A stretch of DNA of 63,756 nucleotides, filler included, from Chiloscyllium plagiosum (Eukaryota): NCBI RefSeq assembly GCF_004010195.1. It is 4 parts of one record of this genome, joined end to end, with 100 filler letters (N's around TTAATTAATTAA, not from the genome) between each part and the next. Parts side by side here need not be neighbours in the genome. Positions count along the whole stretch, not along the records: positions 39,177 to 61,121 come from NC_057716.1; positions 61,222 to 63,756 come from NC_057716.1; 2 more parts are not named here. One strand, written 5' to 3'. The position numbers and the translations under genes are program-made. Position 1 is the stretch's first letter. Each line of letters starts with the position of its first letter. The notes under the pieces were generated by a model. That model saw only the letters and a list, made by a program, of their open reading frames with translations, searched no databases and was not told where the DNA came from. Of the stretch, positions 51,691-63,756 are shown one piece after another.

Positions 51691-53404
51691 GTGAGTCCCA
51701 AGTCAAGCCACACTTGAACCATTGACGTCATTCCCTCTGGGTCAGAACTGGGCGTGGGGGGGAGCGGTGCCAATCTGACATTCAGATTTACACCAGGAGA
51801 CACAGAGAACTCCATTCAGCGACTGAGGGATGGGGTTTCATGCCTTATTGCAGAGTGAGAAACCACATTGGAATTGAGAAAATCTGTCATTGCTTGATGT
51901 TTGTTGTGAATTGGGTAGACAGGCACTTAGTCTTTAATTAGGATACGAGGATATGATCGCAAGGATAAGCGGCAGGACTTGGATGTCTGACCCCTCGAAA
52001 CCTGCCCTGATTTTCAATCAGAACGTGGCTGTACCTCTACCATTAGCCAACCTTCTTGGCCATTCGGGTTCTTGAGGTGCAGTGGCAGCATCCTTACCTC
52101 TGACCTCGAAAACCTAGGTTCTAATTCCAGTTCGGGTATGTCATAACACATTGAAGCAGATTGATTGATATTGTAAATGTATCTATCTATCTCATTCTTA
52201 AAAACAAAACACACCAGGCTCTGATTTGCTACCATTGAAATGACAACAGAACATTGATCAGTCCAGCACAAGAACTGGCCCCTTGATTCTCGTTGTTATG
52301 CCAAACATTTCATCAAATTAAACTAATCCCTTCTTCCTGCTCATGGTCCGCATCCGTCCATTCCTTATTCATGTGTTTATCTAAAAACTCCTTAAATGCC
52401 TCTATCTTACTTGATTCCACCACTAGCCCTGACAATGTGTTCCAGACAGCTACCCTTTTTGTGTGAAAGACATGCCCTCACACAATGCACGGGGTCTAGT
52501 ATTCGACATTTCAACTCTGTCAGCCGTTTGCCTCTGATAATTGTGTAAACTTCCATCTGCCTCAGCTGCTCCAGAGAAAACAGCCCTAATTTTTCCAGCC
52601 CCTCTTTCTTGCTCAAACTTTCTAATCCAAGCAGCATGTAATTCTAGACATTTGAGGCATCAAAGGGTGTAGGGTAAAAGCGGGAATATGGCTTTGAGCT
52701 AGAGCATCAGCCATAATTGTATGGCATGACGAAGCAGACTTGAGGGGCTGATAGCTTATTTCAGCTCTTAGTTTCTACGTCTCATATATTGCGAATTGTC
52801 AAGCAATCTCTCAATCTCAGTTTTGGATATACTTCAATGAGTGAGATCCCACATTCCTCTAGTAAGGAGAATTTCAAACATTTATTACCAGCTGAAGGAA
52901 GAAATGTCTCCTCATCCTTATCCTGTGAATAGACCATTGCTGTGGATGCAGTTTTCACAACACCTTTTGGCCCTAATGGAAGAAGAGTAGAAAAAAAAAT
53001 GGTGTGTCAGAACAAAAGCATCCTTGTTCCTCTGAACACTATATCCATAATCTCACCTTCAGCAGTGTGGCAGGGTCAGTCATATAGTAACACAAACCAA
53101 AGAGAGTGCTGTGAACAGTGATTCTCCACAACTAGCCTCTTTCTGATATTCCCCGCTCTGTCCAAGTTGCCAATTTGCTTCTCACTGTTTATCTTTCCTC
53201 CTTCCTTGTTTTTTCTTCTTCCCAGACTCTCTAATTTTCTCTTCCTTTCCCTTGTTTTTGTTCTTTTATTTCCACCCTTTATTCCTCTTTATTTTACTCT
53301 CTCCATTTATATCTTCTTCCCTCAAATTCTCCATTTTCTCTCCCTCCCTCTCTCACTCACTTTCACTCATGCACTTTTTCTCTCTCCATTTGTATTGTAC
53401 CTAG

Positions 53405-53674
53405 AGCCTCCGGTAAGAATCGTCAACAGTTCATCTCCGGTGTTGAGTGTACTGACCGGGGCTGAGGTTGTCCTGTCGTGTGAGCTCTCTCGGCCCAAGG
53501 CCAAGGTGAAATGGTACAAGGATGGGGTTGAAGTGAAGCGGAACGAGAACTGCAGGATGGAGGTGGATGGAAGATGCAGGAGACTGATCATTCGCCAGGT
53601 TACAGAGGAGGATGGAGGGATATATCTGTGTGATGCTATCGACGACTCGGCCAAGTTTGAAGTGACTGTGACTG
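53405..53674 (+). CDS. OBSL1: OBSL1-like Ig exon, copy A'
   Basis: 270 nt, phase 1-1. Shares SVLTGAEVVL, RPKA and NCRMEVDG with copy A. Confidence 0.75.
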
Positions 53675-54489
53675 GTGAGTCCTAAGTGAAGCCACACTCG
53701 AACCATTGAAATTCTTCCCTCTACTTAATCACTGCTGTCATTAAGATTTATAGCAGAGATACAGAAAACTCCCTTCAGGAGCTGAGGGATGTGTTTTCAC
53801 ACATGCAGATGTCATATTTCATAACCAAAATGGCCTTGAAATTGAGAAAATGCGTCACTGTCTGATACTTGTTGTGAGTTGGAGAAACAGACAGTTCGAC
53901 TTTTATTAGAATACCAAGTTAAGAACTCAAGGATAGGGATCAGGAGTGATACATTTGGCCTCTTGAGCCAGACCTCGGATTGAAACTTTAAAGCCAATCT
54001 TCCAGACCACTTCTGGCTCTTGTGGTGCAATGGTAGCATCCCTACCTCAGATCTAGAAGACCCAGGGTCTAATCCCAGTTGAAGTATGTCATACCACATC
54101 TATGCATGTTATTGAAATTGTCATTTCAGTGGTAGTGGGTCAGAGACTTGTTTATTTCATTTTTAAGAATGAGAAGCATTTAGACGTTTGAACAATATAG
54201 CACAGGAACTGGCACTTTGGCCCACGATGTTGTCGAACATCGCACCAAATTAAACAAACCCCTTTTGTCTGGCCATGGTCCATATACCTCTATTCCTTGC
54301 TTATTCATTTGCTTATCTAAAAGCATTGAGCATCCCTATCTGTCCCAAGCATCTACCACTCTGTGTTAAAAAAAAAAATTGCCCCTTACATCTCCTTTCA
54401 ATTCTTATCTTAAATGCATGCCCACAAGTATCAGAAATTTAAGTTTCGGAAAATAATTCTGACTGTCTAATCTATCTATGTCTCTTACA

Positions 54490-56735
54490 TAGAGCATTTC
54501 AGCGCAGTACAGGCCCTTCGGCCCTCGATGTTGCGCCAACCTGTCATACCAATCTGAAACCCATCCCACCTACACTATTCCATGTACGTCCATATGCTTG
54601 TCCAATGACGACTTAAATGTGCTTAAAGTTGGCGAATCTACTACCGTTGCAGGCAAAGCATTCCATACCCTTACTACTCTCTGAGTAAAGAAACTACCTC
54701 TGACATCTGTCCTATATCTATCACCCTTCAATGTAAAGCTATGTTCCCTCGTGCTCGCCATCACCATACTTGGAAAAAAGCTCTCCCTGTCCACCCTGTC
54801 TAACCCTCTGATTATCTTATATGTCTCTATTAAGTCACCTCTCAACCTTCTTCTCTTCAATGAAAACAGCCTCAAGACCCTCAGCCTTTCCACATTAGAC
54901 CTTCCCTCCATACCAGGCAACATCCTAGTAAATCTCCTCTGCACCCTTTCCAAAGCTTCCACATCCTTCTTATAGTGCAGTGACCAGAACTGTATGCAAT
55001 ACTCCCAAGAGCGGCCGCACCAGAGTTTTGTACAGCTGTAGCATAACCCCATGGTTCTGGAACTAGATCTCTCTATTAATAAAAGCTAAAACACTGTATG
55101 CCTTCTTAATAACCCTGTCAACCTGGGTGGCAACTTTCAAGGATCTGTGTACCTGGACACCGCAATCTCTCTGCTCATCTACACCACCAAGAATCTTACC
55201 TTTAGCCCAGTACTTTGCATTCCGGTTTCACTGACCAAAGTGAATCACCTCACACTTATCCGCATTAAACTCCATTTGCCACCTCTCAGCCCAGCTCTGC
55301 AGCTTATCTATGTCTCTCTGTAACCTACAACAACCTCCGTCACTATCCACAACTCCACCGACCTTAGTGTTGTCTGCAAATTTACTAACCCACCCTTCTA
55401 GCCCTCATCCAGGTCGTTTATAAAAATGACGAACAGCAGTGGACCTAACACCGACCCTTGTGGTACACCACTGGTAACTGGACTCAGGGATGAACATTTC
55501 CCATCAACCACCACCCTCTGTCTTCTTTCAGCAAGCCAATTACTGATCCAAACTGCTATATCTCCCACAATCCCATTCTTCCGCATTTTGTACAATAGCA
55601 TAACGCGGGAACCCTTATCGAATGCCTTGCTAAAATCCATAAACACCACATCAACCGGTTTACTCTCATCTACCTGTTTGGTCACCTTCTCAAAGAACTC
55701 AGTAAGGATTCCTGTAGACAATGATGATTTAAAGATCAATGCCAAAAGTTCGGCAATCACCTCCTTGGCTTCCCAGAGGATCCTAGGATAAATCCCATCT
55801 GGCCCAAGGGCTTATCTATTTTCACACTCTGCAGGATTTCTAATACCTCTTCCTAGTGAACCTCAATCCCACCTAGTCTAGTAGCCTGTATCTCAGTATT
55901 CTCCTCGACAACATTGTCGTTTTCTAGAGTGAATATTGTCAAAAAATATTCATTAAGTGCTTTCCCCATCTCCTCTGACTCCACACACGACTTCCCACTA
56001 CTATTCTTGATTGGCCCTAATCTTACTCTCGTCATTCTTTTATTCCTTAAATACCTATAAGAAAGCCTTAGGGTTTACCCTGATCCTATCCGCCAACAAC
56101 TTCTCATGTCTCCTCCTGGCTCTTCTGAGCTCTCTCTTTAGGTCTTTCCTGGCTACCTTGTAACCCTCAAGCGCCCTAACTGAGCCTTCACATCTCATCC
56201 TAACATAAGCCTTCTTCTTTCTCTTGACCAGAGATTCCACTTCCTTCGTGAACCACGGCTCCCATGCTCTACAGCTTCCTCCCTGCCTGACAGGTACATA
56301 CTTATCTAGGACACACAGGAGCTTTTCCTTGAATAGGCTCCACATTTCTAACGTGCCCATTCCCTGCAGTTTCGTTCCCCATCCTATGCTTCCTAAATCT
56401 TGCCTAATCTCATCGTAATTGCCTTTCCCCCAGCTGTAACTCCTGCCCAGTGGTATCCACCTATCCCTTTCTGTCACTAAAGTAAACATAATTGTGATCG
56501 CTATCACCAAAGTGCTCACCTACTTCCAAGTCTAACACCTGGCCGTGCTCATAACCCAGTACCAAATCTAATGTGGCTTCGCCCCTTGTTGGCCTGTCTA
56601 CATACTGTGTCAGGAAGCCCTCCTGCACACTCTGGACAAAAACTGACCCATCTGTAGTACTCGTACTATAGTGTTCCCAGTCAATATTTAGAAAGTTGAA
56701 GTCCCCCATGACACTCTCACTCCTATTAAGAATAA
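54490..56735 (-). mobile_element. 5'-truncated CR1 in the A'-B' intron
   Basis: GDFNFLNIDW through RT to the 3' tail, with an internal deletion near 55700. Confidence 0.92.
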
Positions 56736-57636
56736 TTTTATACATGTCTGTCAGGTCTGCCCTCAGCCTGTGCTCCTCCAGAGAACCTTAATTTATCAGC
56801 CTGTCCTGAAAGCTCATACCTTCTCATCCAGGTAGCATCCACTTCTCAGTGTTCTAGGCATCAAAGGGTAGGGGCTAAAAGCAGGAATATTGCGTTGAGA
56901 TAGAGGATCAGCTGTAATTGTATGGGATGACAGAGCAGCCTTGAAGCACTGAATGGCTTACTTCAGCTCTAAGTTTTTATATTTCCCTGAATTGTGAAGT
57001 CAAGCAATATATCAATCCCTCTGTTGAATATACCTTAGAGAGTGTGGAGCCACATTTCTGTTGTTTGGAGAATTCCAAAGATTTGTCACGTCCTGAGGGA
57101 AAAGATGTCTATGGATCACTGTCTAAAATAGGTGGTTCTTGAACACCTTGTCAATATCTCACCTTGTCCAGAGCGACAGGGTCACTATTTCTGTAACACA
57201 AACGAAGAAGAGCACTGTGGACAGGGATTCTTCACATTTCACTCTTTGTTTTTCCCCTCTCTCCAAGTTTCCAACGCACTCTCGCTGTTTATGTTATATG
57301 TGGACGTGCCGGTGGTGGACTCGGGTTTACAAAGTTAACAATCTCACAACACCGGGTTATATTGAAACAGGTACTTTCCAAATAAACCTGTTTTACTATA
57401 GCCAGATTTTGTGTGTTTGTCTTTCGCCCTTCCTTGACTCTTCCTCACAACCTCTCTAATTTTCTCTTCATTTCCCACATTCTTATTCTTCTTATTTTTC
57501 TCTTTTATCCTCTTCTCTATTTCACTCTCTCCATTTATTTCTTTCTCCATCAAATCCTCCAACAGCTGTCTCTCCCTCTCTATCACTCACATACTCTTCC
57601 TCTTTCTCCCTCTCTCTCTGTTTGTGTTGGATCCAG

Positions 57637-57906
57637 AGCCTCCGGTCAGAATCGTAAACAGTTCCTCCCCGGTATTGAATGTACTGACTGGGGATGAGGT
57701 TGCTCTGTCATGTGACCTGTCACGACCCAAGGTCGAAGTGAGATGGTTCAAGGATGGGGTGGAGGTGGAGCAGAATGAGAAGTGCACAATGGAGGTGGAT
57801 GGAAGACATAGGAGGCTGGCCATCCGGCAGGTTACAGTGGGGGACCGAGGAACTTACCTGTGTGACGCAGTCGACGATTCAGTCAAGTTTGAAATGGCCG
57901 TGTCTG
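57637..57906 (+). CDS. OBSL1: OBSL1-like Ig exon, copy B'
   Basis: 270 nt, phase 1-1. Shares NVLTG, GDRGTY and AVS with copy B. Confidence 0.75.
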
Positions 57907-58591
57907 GTGAGTGCTATGTCAAGCCATGCTCAAGCCATTAACATTATTCCCTCTGGGTCGGGATGGGGCATTGCGGTCATTCAGATTTATAACAGGGGTC
58001 GCAGAGAATTCCCTTCACTATCTGAGGGGTGTGTTTTCAATATCCAGACATCATGCCTTGTTGCAGATGCAAAATCACCGAGAAATTGAGAAAATCTATC
58101 ATTATCTGATGGTTTTTGTGAGTTGGGGAAACAAGCAGTTAGTCTTTAATTAAGATACTAGCATAGGATCTCAAGGATAAGGAGCAGGAGTTGGACATTT
58201 AAACTTTCTAGGCAGCCCTGACTTTCAATTTGATCATGGCTGAACCTCTATTTGCGGCCAACCTTCCAGGCTACTTAGGGCTCTTGTGGTGCAATGGTCG
58301 AGTCCCTACCTCAGACCTGGAATGTTCTAATCCCAGTTCAAGTATGTTGTATCACATCTATGCAGGTTGATTAAAATTGCCATGTCAGTGGTATGGACAG
58401 AACCTTGCATATTTCATCTTTAAAAACGAGGTAGATACATTTAGTCATGGAACAGTATAGCACAGGAACTGGCCCTTGGCTCACAATGTTGTACCGAACG
58501 TGGCACCAAACTAAACAAATCCCCTTTGTCTGGCCATGGTCCACATGCCCCCTTTTCTTGCTTATTCATGTGCTTATCTGAAAGCATTGAA

Positions 58592-61121
58592 ACATAAGAA
58601 CATAAGAGCTAGGAGCAGGAATAAGCATTCCGGCCCGTCATGTCCGCTCCGTCATTCAATAAGATCATGGCTGATCTTTTCCTGGACTCAAATCCACTTA
58701 ACTGCTCTCTCACCGTATCCCTTAATTCCCTTATTGTTCAAAAAATCTACCTTGCTTTAAAAGCATTCACTAAAGTAGCATCAACTACTTCCTGGGCAAG
58801 GAATTCCATAGATTAACAACCCTCTGGGTGAAGAGGTTCTTTCGCAACTCAATCCTAAATCTGCTCCCTCTAATCTTGAGGCTATGCCCTCTTGTCCTAG
58901 CTTCACCTGCCAGTGATAACATCCTCTCTACTTCTAGTGTATCAATTCCCTTCATAATTTTATAGGTTTCTATAATATCCCCTCACATTCTTCTAAATTG
59001 CAATGATTATAATCCCAGTCTATTTAGACTCTCCTCATAAGACAATCCTCTCAACCCTGTAACCAAACTAGTGAATCTCCTCTGCATCCCCTCTAGCGCT
59101 AGTACATCCTTTCTCACGTAACGAGACCAAAACTGCGCACAGTACTTTAAATGTGGTCTCACCAGCACTCTATACAGCTGCAACATAACCTCTCTGCTTT
59201 GAAACTCAAACTCCTTCACAATGAAGGAAAAAATTCCATTTTCCTTCCTAATTACTTTATATATCTGCAGACCAACCTTCTGTGATTCATGCACAAGGTC
59301 ACCCAGGTCCCTCTGCATAGCAGCATGCTGCAACTTTCTCCCATTCGCGTAATAATCCTTTTATTGTTACTCCTACCAAAATGAATGACTTCACATTTAT
59401 TAACATTGTATTCCATTTGCCAGATTTTGCCCTCTCACTCAAAGTATCTGTGTTCCTCTGCGAAGTTTCTCAGTCCTCTGCACACTTTGCTCTGCCACTC
59501 ATCTTAGCGTCATCTACACGAGGTCCCCAACTCCAAATTATCAATATCCCAACACTGATCCCTGAGGCATACCAATACTCACTGATTGCCAGCCAGAATA
59601 ATACTCACTTATCCCCATTCTTTGTTTCCTGTTAGTCAACCAAACCTTTATCCATGCCAATACTTTATCTGTAACGCCATGTATCCTTATGTAGCAGCCT
59701 CTTGTGTGACACCTTGTCAAAGGCCTTTTGGAAATCTAGCTACATCCGCTGGGTCCCTGTTGTCCACCTTGCTCATAGTGTATTCAAAGAATTCCGAAAG
59801 ATTTGTTAAGCATGACGTGCCCTTTGTGCACCTATGCTGTGTCTGCCCAACGGGCAATTTCTATTGAGATGCCCTGCTATTTCTTCCTTGAAACACTTCT
59901 ATTAGAGTCATAGAGATGTACACCCTTTGGTCCAACCCGTACATGCCGACCAGATATCCCAACCCAATCTAGTCCCACCTGCCAGTACCCAGCCCATATC
60001 CCTCCGAACCCTTCCTATTCATATACCCATCCAAATGCCTCTTAAATGTTGCAATTGTACCAGCCTCAACCACATCCTCTGGCAGCTCATTCTATACACA
60101 TACCACCCTCTGTGTGAAAAAGTTGCCCCTTAGGACTCTTTTATATCTTTCCCCTCTCATCCTAAACCTAGTTCTGGACTCCCCGACACCAGGAAAAAGA
60201 CTTTGTCTATTTATCCTATCTATGCCCCTCATAATTTTGTAAACCTCTGTAAGGTCACCCCTCAGCCTCCGACACTCCAGGGAAAACAGCACCAGCCTGT
60301 TCAGCCTCTCCCTGTAGCTCAGATCCTCCAACCGTGGAAACATCCTTGGAAATCATTTCTGAGCCCTTTCAAATTTCACAACATCTCTCCGACAGGAAGG
60401 AGACCAGAATTGCACGCAATATTCCAACAGTGGCCTAACCAATGTCCTGTACAGCCGCAACATGACCTCCCAACTCCTATACTCAATACTCTGACCAATA
60501 AAGGAAAGCATAACAAGCGCCATCTTCACTATCCTATTTACCTGCGACTCCACTTTCAAGGAGCTATGAACCTGCACTCCAAGGTCTCTTTATTCAGTAA
60601 CACTCCCTAGGACCTTACCATTAAGTGTATAAGTCCTGCTAAAATTTGCTTTCCCAAAATGCAGCACCTCACATTTATCTGAATTAAACTCCATCTGCCA
60701 CTTCTCAGCCCATTGGCCCAGATCCTGTTGTAATCTGAGGTAACCCTCTTTGCTGTCCACTACACCTCCAATTTTGGTGTCATCTGCAAACTTACTAACT
60801 GTACCTCTTATTATCGCAACCAAATCATTTATGTAAATGACAAAATGTAGAGGGCCCAGCACTGATCCTTGTGGCACTCCACTGGTCACAGGCCTCCAGT
60901 CTGAAAAACAACCCTCCGCCACCACCCTCTGTCTTCCATCTTTGAGCCAGATCTGTATCCAAATGGCTAGTTCTCCCTTTATTCCATGAGATCTAACCTT
61001 GCTAATCAGTCTCCCATGGGGAACCTTGTCAAATGCCTTACTGAAGTCCATATAGATCACATCTACTGCTCTGCCCTCATCAATCTTTTTTGTTACTTCC
61101 TCAAAAAACTCAATCAAGTTT
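58592..61121 (-). mobile_element. Two adjacent CR1 fragments
   Basis: RT motifs in ORFs 59007..59333, 60353..60577 and 60590..61117. Confidence 0.9.
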
Positions 61122-61221
61122 NNNNNNNNNNNNNNNNNNNNNNNNNNNNNNNNNNNNNNNNNNNNTTAATTAATTAANNNNNNNNNNNNNNNNNNNNNNN
61201 NNNNNNNNNNNNNNNNNNNNN
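61122..61221. other. Artificial join linker
   Basis: 44 N + TTAATTAATTAA + 44 N. Confidence 0.97.
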
Positions 61222-61384
61222 CTGCCCCGGCTCATTGCCGAGCACCAAGTCCAGAGTGGCCTCTCCCCTCGTCGGCCTGTCAATGTACTGAGTTAGGAAA
61301 CCCTCCTGAACACACCTTACAAAAACAGCTCCATTCAAATCTTCTGCTCGAAGGAGGTTCCAATCAATATTGGGAAAGTTAAAG

Positions 61385-63756
61385 TCACAATGAGCCAGAC
61401 TTTATAAAAGATCTTAAAGTAAGGGAACACTTAGGAGGCAGCGATCATAATATGGTAGAGTTCAGACTGCAGTTTGAAAGAGAGAAGGCAAAATCGGATG
61501 TAATAGTGTTAGAGTTAAATAAAGGTAATTATAAGGGCTTGAGAGAGGAACTGACAAAAATAGACTGGAAGGAGAGTCTCGTGGGGAAAACAGTAGAGCA
61601 ACAATGGCAGGGGTTTCTGGATGTAATTGAGGACACAGTACAGAGGTTCATCCCCAAGAAAAGAAAGATTATCCGGGGAGGGATTAGACAGCCATGGCTG
61701 ACAAAGGAAGTCAGGAAATGTATCATAGAAAAAGAGAGAGCCTATATTGTGGCCAAGAGCACTGGGAAATCAGAAGATTGGGAAGACTACAAAAACAAAC
61801 AGAGGATAACAAAGACGGAAATAAGGAAGGAGAGGATCAAATATGAAGGTAAGCTAGCCAGTAATATTAGAAATAATAGTAAAAGTTTCTTTCAATACAT
61901 AAGAAACAAACGAGAGGCAAAAGTAGAAATTGGGCCGCCTCCAAATTGATGCAGGAAGGCTAGTGATGGGCAATAAGCAAATAGCTGGAGAACTGAATAA
62001 ATACTTTGTGTCAGTCTTCACAGAGGAAGACATGAGTAATATCCCAACAGTTAAGGAGAGTCAGGGGCAGAGTTGAGTATGGTAAACATTACAAAAGAGA
62101 AAGTGGTTGAAAAGCTAAAAGGTCTAAAAGTTGATAAATCGCCTGGCCCCGATGGGCTACATCCTAGAGTTCTGAAGGAGGTGGCTGAGGAAATAGCGGA
62201 AGCATTGGTTGTAATCTTTCAAAAACCACTGGAGTCAGGGAAAGTCCCAGATGATTGAAAAATCGCTTTTGTAACCCTCTTGTTCAAGAAAGGATCAAGA
62301 CAAAAGATGGAAAACTATAGGCCGATTAGCCTAACCTCGGTGGTAGATAAAATTCTAGAATCCATCGTTAAGGATGAGATTTCTAAATTCTTGCAAGTGC
62401 AGGGTCAGATTAGAACAAGTCAGCATGGATTTAGTAAGGGGAGGTCGTGCCTAACAAACCTGTTAGAATTCTTTGAAGAGGTAACAAGTAGGTTAGACCA
62501 GGAAAACCCAGTAGATGTTATCTGTCTAGATTTCCAAAAGGTCTTTAATAAGGTGCCTCACGGGACGCTGTTGAGTAAGGGGAGGGCCCATGGTTTTCGA
62601 GGTGAAAAAGGTCTTTAATAAGGTGCCTCACGGGACGCTGTTGAGTAAGGGGAGGGCCCATGGTTTTCGAGGTGAGCTATTGGCATGGATTGAGGATTGG
62701 CTGTCTGACAGAAGACAGAGAGTTGGGATAAAAGGCTCTTTTTTGGAATGGCAGCTGGTGAGAAGTGGTGTCCTGCAGGGTTTAGTGTTGGGGCCACAGC
62801 TGTTCACTTTATATACTAATGATCTGGACGAACGGACTGTGGGTGTCCTGGCGAAATTCGCCGATGATACGAAGTTAGGTGGACAGGCAGGTGATACTGA
62901 GGAGGTGGGGAGACTGCAGAAAGATTTAGACAGTTTCGGAGAGTGGTTCAGGAAATGGCTGATGAAATTCAATGTGAGGTCTTAAACTTTGAAAAAAGGA
63001 TACAAGCATGGACTATTTTCTAAACGGTGAGAAAATTCATAAAGCCAAAGTATAAAGGGATCTGGGTGTGCTAGTCGCGGATTCTCTAAAGGTTGACTTG
63101 CAGGTTGAGTCCATGGTTACGAAAGCAAATGTAATGTTGTCATTTATTTCAAGAGGGTTGGAATATAAAAGCAGCGATGTGCTTCTGAGAATTTATAAAG
63201 CTCTGGTTCGGCCACATTTAGAATACCGTGTCCAGTTTTGGGTCCCACACCTCAAAGGACATACTGGCACTGGCGCGTGTCCAGTGGAGATTCACACGGA
63301 TGATCCCTGGAACGGTAGGCCTAATATACGATGAATGGCGGAGGATCCTGGGATTGTACTCATTGGAGTTTAGAAGGTTGAGGGGAGATCTAATAGAAAC
63401 TTACAGGATAATGCATGGCTTAGAAAGGGTGGACGCTGGGAAATTGTTTCCATCAGAATGGTAGTAGTCATGGGCGATTTCAAATTCCCAAATATTGATT
63501 GGAAGCTCTTTAGATCAAGTAGATTGGATGGGGCGGTGTTTGTGCAGTGTGTCCAGGAAGCTTTTCTAACTCAGTATGTAGATTGTCCGACCAGAGGGGA
63601 GGCCATTTTGGATTTGGTACTCGGTAACGAACCGGGACAAGTGATGGGCTTGTTAGTGGGTGAACGTTTTGGTGATGGTGACCACAATTCTGTGACTTTC
63701 ACCTGGGTTATGGAGAGAGATAGGTGCGTGCAACAGGGTAGGTCTTACAATTGGGG
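61385..63756 (+). mobile_element. CR1 ORF2 with a 70-bp internal tandem duplication, followed by a second CR1 endonuclease fragment
   Basis: KSPGPDGLHPRVLKE, QHGFSKGRSCLTNL, KFADDTK. The duplicated unit is 62536-62605 / 62606-62675. Confidence 0.92.

Noticed and set aside
41616..57906. Antigen-receptor V-segment cluster (IgNAR/TCR-like)
   Set aside because: The domains are I-set muscle-type, end in splice donors, and have no leader exons or heptamer-nonamer signals that I could see.
62536..62675. Perfect 70-bp tandem duplication
   Set aside because: It lies inside a dead CR1 and is an ordinary local duplication or assembly slip with no evident function.

Overview
Vertebrate genomic DNA, inferred to be shark/elasmobranch from its HE1-like V-SINEs, CR1 LINEs and a DeuSINE. 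It consists of four separate pieces joined by artificial 100-nt linkers (44 N + TTAATTAATTAA + 44 N at 15540-15639, 39077-39176 and 61122-61221), so adjacency across those points is not evidence of linkage. Piece 1 holds the 5' end of WDR13 (minus strand; three coding exons plus a CpG-island promoter) and an isolated syntaxin-type tail-anchor exon. Piece 2 holds the first three coding exons of STK11IP (plus strand). Piece 3 holds five tandem ~270-nt OBSL1/obscurin-type Ig exons in an A-B-C-A'-B' exon+intron super-repeat, one copy frameshifted. Piece 4 is CR1 only. The rest is mostly decayed CR1, V-SINE, Rex-like and Penelope-like (PLE) repeats. The most notable signals are: many minimal hammerhead-ribozyme motifs in several sequence families, some in short fold-back elements with clean target-site duplications; tandem duplications that copy splice acceptors in two genes; and an array of fixed-spacing PBX/PREP-like + CCAAT composite sites near the WDR13 start. 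Gene identities come from recalled similarity to human proteins, not a database search. Repeat boundaries are approximate.
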